From the IMG/VR virus record IMGVR_UViG_3300036979_000962, positions 1 to 50,016 of that record: a DNA stretch of 50,016 nt; one strand, given 5' to 3'. The notes beneath the pieces are model-generated. The model saw nothing but the letters and a program-made list of their open reading frames with translations. It made no database searches and was not told the origin of the DNA. This document shows, in pieces, positions 17,149 to 23,884 of the stretch. Both the position numbers and the translations under genes were made by a program. Every line of letters begins with the position of its first letter. Position 1 is the stretch's first letter. Source of the DNA: a virus. Lineage: Duplodnaviria > Caudoviricetes.

Positions 17149-17204
17149 AGCGCGGGCTTGGGACCGCGCTTGCCGCATTAGCCGGCCGGGCCGGCCCCTC
17201 TGCG
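17149..17204 (-). ncRNA. Twister ribozyme, P5 permutation, copy 2
   Basis: CGCA-GAGG-GGCCGGC/GCCGGCU^AA-UGCG-GC-AGCGCGG UCCCAAGC CCGCGCU. Predicted cut 17180/17179. Confidence 0.88.
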
Positions 17205-17447
17205 TCAGGCGATGACGAAGCCTTCGAGAGCGACCTTCAAGGACCGGAGCCGCTCGTAAGCGTCGAACTGGTCGGTGGCGGGATATTCGAGGTGAACATT
17301 CCCATCAGCCCCATCAATCTCGGCGTAGACATCGTGGGCGATGCTTCCGTCCGAGAGCCGCTTCTCCGTGACCGAGAGCGTGGCGAACTTGTTGGCGTCG
17401 AGTTTCACGGATTCTTGAAGGACGACTTTCTGATGACCGAGTGACAT
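17205..17447 (-). CDS. Hypothetical early protein
   Basis: MSLGHQK start after GGAGGT RBS. Confidence 0.7.
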   Translation of the reverse strand: MSLGHQKVVLQESVKLDANKFATLSVTEKRLSDGSIAHDVYAEIDGADGNVHLEYPATDQFDAYERLRSLKVALEGFVIA

Positions 17448-17480
17448 TGGAACCTCCATCGAAGTTGAGATAGCGTCGAT

Positions 17481-17533
17481 GTCCGGGCTTGGAACCGGAC
17501 CGCCGCATTACGGCCTCGCGGCCGTCCTCTGCG
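17481..17533 (-). ncRNA. Twister ribozyme, P5 permutation, copy 1
   Basis: CGCA-GAGG-ACGGCC GCGA GGCCGU^AA-UGCG-GC-GUCCGG UUCCAAGC CCGGAC; GNRA-capped P1. Predicted cut 17510/17509. Confidence 0.88.
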
Positions 17534-17534
17534 C

Positions 17535-17972
17535 TCAACAAAGATTCCGGGGCCGCTCGGCTTCGTAAGAAGCCTTGTCGTCCTCGTATTGCTCCCGGGC
17601 CGGCTTCTCGCCGACCTTCTCGTAGGCCGAGCCGTTCCAGAAGACGGAGTTGAACTCCGACACGGCGTAGCGGTCGCGGCGGTCCATCGCTTTGTAAGCG
17701 GCGAACTCTTCGCGGGACATCTTCCGGAACCCGACGAACTCGACGAGGTAGAGGATGCCGAAGAGGTCGATGACATCGCCCATCGACACGGAGCAGAACG
17801 GCCGCGGCTGAAAATCGTTCTGGCCGTAGCGGAAGATGAGGTCGAGAACATTGTCTCTGTCCTCGCGGTAAGCCTTGCCGTATACATCGAGCGGGACATC
17901 GACCTTCCGAACTTCGTCGTTCCGGAACGCCATCAAGTGAACATCGAACTCGACGACTGCGTAAGTGGACAT
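17535..17972 (-). CDS. YodL-like domain protein (first early gene)
   Basis: SVSMGDVI...YLVEFVGF resembles the YodL SLSVSDVV...YVD..GF motif. Confidence 0.6.
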   Translation of the reverse strand: MSTYAVVEFDVHLMAFRNDEVRKVDVPLDVYGKAYREDRDNVLDLIFRYGQNDFQPRPFCSVSMGDVIDLFGILYLVEFVGFRKMSREEFAAYKAMDRRDRYAVSEFNSVFWNGSAYEKVGEKPAREQYEDDKASYEAERPRNLC

Positions 17973-18000
17973 TCGAACCTCCTAGAACATTTTGGATTTT

Positions 18001-18275
18001 CGGAGAGCGTCTCCGTCCGACGATTCGACCGCCGTCGTTCGAGTCGTCGGATGGAGGAGCGGGCCCGCGCCCGCTCGTCTCCAACTATTTTTCGTTTGTC
18101 CGTTGCTTCGTCGGGAGTCGTCTCGTTCTTCCGTCCGGTGGGGTCCGTCTCTTTCGAGTTCGACCGCCGCTCCCGACCGGGTTCTCGTTCGGCTCGACCT
18201 CTTGGCCGCCGGCCTCCCGCCCCCGGGTCTCTCCCCGACCCTCCCGGGGTCGGGCCGATTCGTTTATCGAATCGT
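18001..18275 (-). ncRNA. Long structured 5' leader of the early transcript
   Basis: At least six inverted-repeat stems between the promoter and the first RBS; no credible ORF. Confidence 0.55.
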
Positions 18276-18281
18276 GCCTTC

Positions 18282-18309
18282 ATTATAATCCATCCCGCAG
18301 GCAAAGCAA
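18282..18309 (-). promoter_or_regulatory. Sigma70-type early promoter
   Basis: TTGCTT-N16-TATAAT with an AT-rich upstream region (18310-18430); shares GGATTATAAT with the 11.9 kb promoter. Confidence 0.7.
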
Positions 18310-18430
18310 ATTTCGCCTATAAAGAGGTTGACTTTTTAGGCTCGCAAACGACTGATAATGAACGGGTTGAAAAAATCTTCAAAAATCTTCAAATCCTACC
18401 CTGTTTTTATGGTAGGTTTTGAGACTTTTT

Positions 18431-19138
18431 TTAGGCTCGCGAGGAGAGCGCGGAGGCGGCCCGCTCGAGGTCCGCCGGAGTGTCGACGGCGATTGTCTCG
18501 GCTCCGGCGTCGACCATCCGGAGGCTGTATCCGGCGCGGAGCCACGCGACTTGTTCGAGGTCGGAGGAGAGCGGCAACGCGACGAGCCTCGCGAGCGTCT
18601 CGCGACGATAGGCGTAGACGCCGATGTGGACGCCGTGTTCGATTTCGGCGCGGACCGGCTTGCGTGTGAACGCGAAGGCGCGGCCGTGGTCGTCGATGAT
18701 GACCTTGACGCGGTTCCGGTCGCGGTTGTATTCGCGGCCGGTCGGACGATAGAAAAGCGACGCGACGCGTGTGCCGCGGTCGAGGAACTCCGTCGCCAAC
18801 TTATCGAGCGCGTCGGGACGGATGGTCGGCTCGTCGGCTTGGATGTTGATGATGACTTCTTCGTCGTCGCGGGCGGCGAGTTGGCGCATCGCGTCGGCGA
18901 CGCGCTCGGTCCCGTTCCGACACGACCGCGCCGTGACGAGGAACGGAATCCTCTCCCGCTCGCAGACCTCCACAATTTCCGGGTCCGGCGTCGCGACGAA
19001 GACGGCGGAGATGAGCCGGGTCCGGACCGCCGCGTCGACCGCCCACTCCACCATCGGCCGACCGAGGAGCGGCGCGAGCGGCTTCGCCGGGAACCGCGTC
19101 GACGCCATCCGCGCCGGGACGATTCCGATGACTCTCAT
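18431..19138 (-). CDS. kdsB: 3-deoxy-manno-octulosonate cytidylyltransferase (CMP-Kdo synthetase)
   Basis: PARMASTRFPAKPL, GTERV, QADEP, HIGVYAY, LEQ and VDTPADL. Confidence 0.92.
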   Translation of the reverse strand: MRVIGIVPARMASTRFPAKPLAPLLGRPMVEWAVDAAVRTRLISAVFVATPDPEIVEVCERERIPFLVTARSCRNGTERVADAMRQLAARDDEEVIINIQADEPTIRPDALDKLATEFLDRGTRVASLFYRPTGREYNRDRNRVKVIIDDHGRAFAFTRKPVRAEIEHGVHIGVYAYRRETLARLVALPLSSDLEQVAWLRAGYSLRMVDAGAETIAVDTPADLERAASALSSRA

Positions 19139-19902
19139 CGAACGGCCTCGTGGAGCCGCGTGAGAACGCGCAGGAGCGACGCGAGGTCGGCGAGCGGGAG
19201 CGAGTTCGGGCCGTCCGACTTCGCCCGCGCCGGGTCGTCGTGGACCTCCAAGAACACGCCGTCCGCGCCGGCCGCGACGGCCGCCTTCGCGATGGTCGGG
19301 ATGAGGTCGGGCCGGCCGGTCGACGAGCCTCGCCCGCCGCCGGGCCGCTGGACCGAATGAGTCGCGTCGATGATGACCGGGAATCCGAGCGCCCGCATCG
19401 TCGGGATGGAGCGCATATCGACAACGAGGTCGTGGTAGCCGAAGGTCGTCCCGCGCTCCGTCAGCCAAATCTCCCGCGCTCCGGCCATCCACGCCTTCTC
19501 GCCGGCGTAGAACATATCGTCGGGAGACATAAACTGACCCTTCTTTATGTTGAGCGGCCGGCCGGTCCGCGCCGCCGCGACGATGAGGTCGGTTTGACGC
19601 GAGAGGAGCGCCGGGATTTGGAGGATGTCGACGACGCGGGCCGTCGGCTCGGCTTGAGCCGGCTCGTGGATGTCGGTCGTGAGGCGGACGCCCGTCTCCG
19701 CCTTCACTTCGCCGAGGATGCGGAGACCCTCGACGAGCCCGGGCCCGCGGAACGCGCCGGCGGAGGTGCGGTTGGCCTTGTCGAACGACGCCTTGAAGAC
19801 GAACTCGACGCCCGCCTCCGCGCAGACGCGCTTGATTCGCGCCGCCATTCGGACGGCGTGGTCTTCAGATTCGATGACACAGGGACCGAGGATGAAGAAC
19901 AT
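19135..19902 (-). CDS. kdsA: Kdo-8-phosphate synthase (metal-dependent type)
   Basis: GPCVIE, FDKANRTS, IKKGQF, ERG, DATHSVQ, EVH and SDG. Confidence 0.95.
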   Translation of the reverse strand: MFFILGPCVIESEDHAVRMAARIKRVCAEAGVEFVFKASFDKANRTSAGAFRGPGLVEGLRILGEVKAETGVRLTTDIHEPAQAEPTARVVDILQIPALLSRQTDLIVAAARTGRPLNIKKGQFMSPDDMFYAGEKAWMAGAREIWLTERGTTFGYHDLVVDMRSIPTMRALGFPVIIDATHSVQRPGGGRGSSTGRPDLIPTIAKAAVAAGADGVFLEVHDDPARAKSDGPNSLPLADLASLLRVLTRLHEAVR

Positions 19903-19903
19903 C

Positions 19904-20023
19904 TCATTCCCTCCAAAGCGGTCGGCCGCGGAAAGTTATCGGTCGATGAACGAGCGCGACGAGGAGGACCGGGAACGCGAAGAACGCGAGGAACCCGACC
20001 GCGCAGTAGAGGCGTTCAATCAT
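19904..20023 (-). CDS. Small membrane peptide (39 aa)
   Basis: ATGA overlap with the tail protein; one TM segment. Confidence 0.45.
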   Translation of the reverse strand: MIERLYCAVGFLAFFAFPVLLVALVHRPITFRGRPLWRE

Positions 20024-23000
20024 AGCGTGTAGGTGATTCGGATTCGGCTCCCCGAGCCGTTTCCGGCCCCGGGCGTAGGTAAAGGCGCCCCGTTCGTGTC
20101 CTCGCCCTGACCGCCGCCGCCGCCGCCCGGCCACATCTCGTCGACCGGATTGTTCGGATAAGGCGCGTCCTCGCCGCTCTCGTCCGAGCCGCCGCCCAAA
20201 CCGCCTCGCCCGGCGTCGGTTCCTGCCGCCCCGCCGGTCTGTCCCGACGCTCCCGCTCCGTCTCCGTCCGGCCCGGCCGAGGCTCCGCCTCCGCCGCCGA
20301 CGGCCGAGGAGACGCGATTCGCGCCCGCCCCGCCGGAATACTTCGTGTCCCCGACACCGTTGGCCGCCGCGCCGCCCGGACCGCCGGAAGGATTATCTGC
20401 TCCGTAGAATCCGCGCTCGGCTTTGCAGATGGTCGCTCCTCCGGAGTCCTTCACATAGGTATCGACGATGCCGCCGGAGCCCTGAGAGGCTCCGCGAAGA
20501 GTGTAATAATCTCCCGGCTCCGCGTTCACGGTCGTCTTGGAATACGCCCCGCCGCCTCCGCCGCCGCCGGCGGTATAGGCGTTCGAGTAGGGGCTTCCCG
20601 GCCCGCCGCATCCCCAACACTCGAACACGACGGAGAGCGTTTGTCCCGAAGTCCATCCGTCGGGATACGGGACATCCCAATTAAACTCGCCGCTCGAAAA
20701 ATCCCCGGCGTAGTATTCTTCGATTGTCGGCCCGCCGGAAGTGGAAGCCGAAACAGGAGCGCCCGAACATATCACGCGAATCCGTCCCGGCTGACGCAGG
20801 AGGAACGAGCCCTCGTAGGCGCCGCCCATCCCTGCGCCCGGGCCCGCGCCCGGCTGTCCCGCGTATTGCGTCCACTTCCCGCCTTGTCCTCCGTTCCATC
20901 CGAGGACCGGAGCATTGCCGCCGATGCGGCCCGAGGCGTTGCCGCCCGCGGCGGTCGGGCCGGCCGACGCCCCTCCGCCGCCGCCGAAGAGTAGCGAGCC
21001 GCCCGCTCCGTCCCCGCCGTCAAACGAGGAGTCCCCGACACAATCGACCGCCCGCCCGCCGTCCGCGCCGAGGTAGCCCGTCGCGTCGTCGCCGTAGTCG
21101 CCCCGGCAGATAAGCGACGATTCGTCGTAGACCTCGGAGAACGCGGGCCCGCCCACCGAAGGAGCCGGGTAGAGATAGAACAAGTCGCCCGCCACGACGG
21201 CCACCGTGGTCACGGCGCAAGCCGCGCCGCCGCCGCCGCCGCCTTCCGGAGCGGAGACGCCTCCGGTCCCCCACACTTGGAATGTCACGGAGTCGACGCC
21301 CGTCGGAACCTCGAAAACTAGGTAGGGAAAACTTCCCGAAGCGACGAGGCTCGAGTCGTTGCCGTCGATGTCTACGCCGCAAAGGTCCTGTGGCCAATCG
21401 GCTCCGGAGCCGGAGATAGGTCCCGACTTCGAGGCCGAGAGGCTCGCCGACGGGAGGTCGCCCGTCGACCAAAAGTCGTCAGCGATTTCGACCTTGTAGT
21501 TGATTTCGCTGTTGTTGATTTTGATGTCGCGGATTATCCCCATCAGATTCACGACGAGGTTCCCCGATGCGCTCCCGCCGAGCGAGCCGGAGTCAAAGTC
21601 CGTCGGCTCGAGTTCGACCGGCCACGCCACGAGGTCCCCGATTTCGAGCGGGATGGGGTTGGCGAAGGTCTCGAGTTCCGCATACCACTTCGGGTCCTTG
21701 AACTCGAGCAGTAGCGCCTCGGCCATATTCTCGCACGCGTGATTGCCTTGAAATAGCGTGTTGTTTATCGTGTGGGTTTTTTCGAGGTAGGTCTCGATGG
21801 AGGTTTGGTCGGAGTCCTCGCCCCGGAAGTTGTCGCCGGCCTTGTCGTCGCGGGTGACTTGATACATCGCCCGCTCGCACCCCTCGACAACGATTCGGTT
21901 CCGAATCATATCGTCGTCTTGGAACTCGGCGATGTCCTTGAAGTCCCCGAAGCCGGGGAACGAGACGGCGATGGAGGTCGCGACCGGAGGCGGGAGGAAG
22001 CAGGGCCGCCCGTCGAACGCGAGCCAAAATCGGTAGTTCGCCCGCTCGCATATTTTCTGGACGGCCGCGAGCGCGACTCCCGCGTCGAACCAGACGCGAG
22101 CGATTGAGATTCCCGTCGGCTCGTAGTCCAAGTCGGCGAGCGCCGCGGCCCGGTCCGCATAGAGCCCCGACCACACCAAAAGGTCGGCGAGCACATTGTC
22201 CAGAACTTGCGTCGTGTAGTAGTAGATTTTCACATTCCCGACGCCGGCCTTCACATCCATCGTGTCGTTGAAGAAGAGACTCTTCGTCTCCTCGACATAG
22301 TGCCATCCGCCCTCGCCCTCGCCGTTTGGAGTGTCGCCTTGGTCGCCTTGTCCGACCGGCTCGTCGTTGAGCGTCACGAGCCACGGACCATTACACTCAT
22401 CGGGGAGGATGTATCTCTGCCAAAAGTCGGTCGCATACTGCTTGACCGATATCTCGTCGAGGTCGAGGAAGAACATCGGGAACGAGTTTGCGCCGCCGGT
22501 GAAGAGCGAGAGGCGGAGCGAGCCGGTGTCGGCGATGTGGACGACGAACGAATACAGCGTCCACTCCCCTCCGTTCTTTCCGAGGTCGATTTGCCCGACA
22601 TTCCGGACCGGCGTCATCGGCGTCGCCGAAACATTATAGGCAATCATCCTCGCGGTCGGGCTCGTCGCCGGGAGCCTCGCCCAAAACGAGATTTGGACGG
22701 AGGTCGAGCCGACGACCGCGGCCGCGTTGTCGCGGGTGTAGGTCTGCTCGGTGCTGTAATGAGTCCGGATTATCCGGAGCGCGTAAGTCGACTCTTGGGC
22801 CGGGCTCGCGATTTGGATGAGGCCGGCGGAAGCGCCGTGGTCCGTCTCCCACCGCCAGCCGTTGGCCGAGTTCGCCTCGGCCGCGCCGATGCCGCACGCG
22901 TCGCCGCCGACATATAACTCCGGGCCGAGGTTGCCCGGCGAAGCGACGGCGTTGAACTCCGCCCGCCGGCCCCAATGGAGCGGGCCGTTGATGATGTCGT

Positions 23001-23496
23001 CGACCTCGGCCGACCCGGACCCGGAGCCGGAGACGGCGACGGGATTTAGGTCGCGGAGAGCCGTGTCGGCGAGAAGTTTCATATAGTCCATCCCGCCAAT
23101 CTCGACGACCCGGGAGCCGTGGGAGAAGCGCGGCGCGTCCATAAATCCGATGAGCCGTTGCCAATAGTAATCGACTCCGCCGTATGTCCCGCCGATGGAG
23201 ATGCGGACCTCGCGGCCGACGCGCAGGAGCGAGGCGTAGGGGGAGGTCGGATGCTTCGGATGGAAGATGCCGTTGCCGTTGTCGACTGTGGCGTTCCAAG
23301 TCCCGGCGATGGGGTTCGTCGTGAGGCCCGCTCCGCCGAGCGACACCGCAACGCTCTTGAGATAGTTCGCGCCGCCGCTCCCGCCGAGTTCGCTCAAGTC
23401 CTCCCACGCCGCCCCGTCCCACACCTCGACCCGGTAGAGGATTTGCTGGACGGGCTCGAGGAAGTCCGCCACCGCGACGGGCGCGAAGGCTTGCAC
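20020..23496 (-). CDS. Tail tip/hub protein with carbohydrate-binding-like insert and two Gly-rich domains
   Basis: 1158 aa, after TMP and Dit; two WG.GG..GGGGG Gly-rich modules at the C-terminus. Confidence 0.75.
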   Translation of the reverse strand: MQAFAPVAVADFLEPVQQILYRVEVWDGAAWEDLSELGGSGGANYLKSVAVSLGGAGLTTNPIAGTWNATVDNGNGIFHPKHPTSPYASLLRVGREVRISIGGTYGGVDYYWQRLIGFMDAPRFSHGSRVVEIGGMDYMKLLADTALRDLNPVAVSGSGSGSAEVDDIINGPLHWGRRAEFNAVASPGNLGPELYVGGDACGIGAAEANSANGWRWETDHGASAGLIQIASPAQESTYALRIIRTHYSTEQTYTRDNAAAVVGSTSVQISFWARLPATSPTARMIAYNVSATPMTPVRNVGQIDLGKNGGEWTLYSFVVHIADTGSLRLSLFTGGANSFPMFFLDLDEISVKQYATDFWQRYILPDECNGPWLVTLNDEPVGQGDQGDTPNGEGEGGWHYVEETKSLFFNDTMDVKAGVGNVKIYYYTTQVLDNVLADLLVWSGLYADRAAALADLDYEPTGISIARVWFDAGVALAAVQKICERANYRFWLAFDGRPCFLPPPVATSIAVSFPGFGDFKDIAEFQDDDMIRNRIVVEGCERAMYQVTRDDKAGDNFRGEDSDQTSIETYLEKTHTINNTLFQGNHACENMAEALLLEFKDPKWYAELETFANPIPLEIGDLVAWPVELEPTDFDSGSLGGSASGNLVVNLMGIIRDIKINNSEINYKVEIADDFWSTGDLPSASLSASKSGPISGSGADWPQDLCGVDIDGNDSSLVASGSFPYLVFEVPTGVDSVTFQVWGTGGVSAPEGGGGGGAACAVTTVAVVAGDLFYLYPAPSVGGPAFSEVYDESSLICRGDYGDDATGYLGADGGRAVDCVGDSSFDGGDGAGGSLLFGGGGGASAGPTAAGGNASGRIGGNAPVLGWNGGQGGKWTQYAGQPGAGPGAGMGGAYEGSFLLRQPGRIRVICSGAPVSASTSGGPTIEEYYAGDFSSGEFNWDVPYPDGWTSGQTLSVVFECWGCGGPGSPYSNAYTAGGGGGGGAYSKTTVNAEPGDYYTLRGASQGSGGIVDTYVKDSGGATICKAERGFYGADNPSGGPGGAAANGVGDTKYSGGAGANRVSSAVGGGGGASAGPDGDGAGASGQTGGAAGTDAGRGGLGGGSDESGEDAPYPNNPVDEMWPGGGGGGQGEDTNGAPLPTPGAGNGSGSRIRITYTL

Positions 23497-23497
23497 C

Positions 23498-23884
23498 TTA
23501 CCGGACCTCTTCGAGTGTCATCGCGAGCGACCAGCGGCACGACGACGGGCCGGCCTTGAGGAACGGGTTGATGTCGAAGTCGGTTATCACGACGAGCCGC
23601 CAAGTCGCGTCCTCCCAATTATTTTGGAAGTAGAGCGCGGAGTTCGCGGCCCGGAGCGCTAGGAAGGTCGTCATCTCGGCGTCCGTCAACATCTCCCACG
23701 ACATACTCCAAGTCCTCGGCGATTTGCTCTTGAAGTTGAACCGGCGCGAGCCGTCGAGCATTGTCGCGTCCTCGACTTGCTTCGGGATGCTCGTCGGGAA
23801 CGCCGGGTCCCCGCCTCCGGTCCATCGGAACGGTGGGAGCGGAGCGATGGCGCTCGCGGTGAGTCCGAGGTAGACATCGGCCAT
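23498..23884 (-). CDS. Distal tail protein-like
   Basis: 128 aa directly after TMP; TMLDGS...W...W...LTLEEV pattern. Confidence 0.65.
   Translation of the reverse strand: MADVYLGLTASAIAPLPPFRWTGGGDPAFPTSIPKQVEDATMLDGSRRFNFKSKSPRTWSMSWEMLTDAEMTTFLALRAANSALYFQNNWEDATWRLVVITDFDINPFLKAGPSSCRWSLAMTLEEVR

Noticed and set aside
13421-17990. Intergenic repeats read as a CRISPR array or integron attC sites
   Set aside because: The spacers are whole genes, the repeats conserve RNA structure rather than sequence, there are no GTTRRRY boxes and no cas or integrase gene. The pattern fits twister.
18085-18120. Hammerhead-like CCGACGA...GAAA in the leader
   Set aside because: No CUGANGA core and the required stems are missing.
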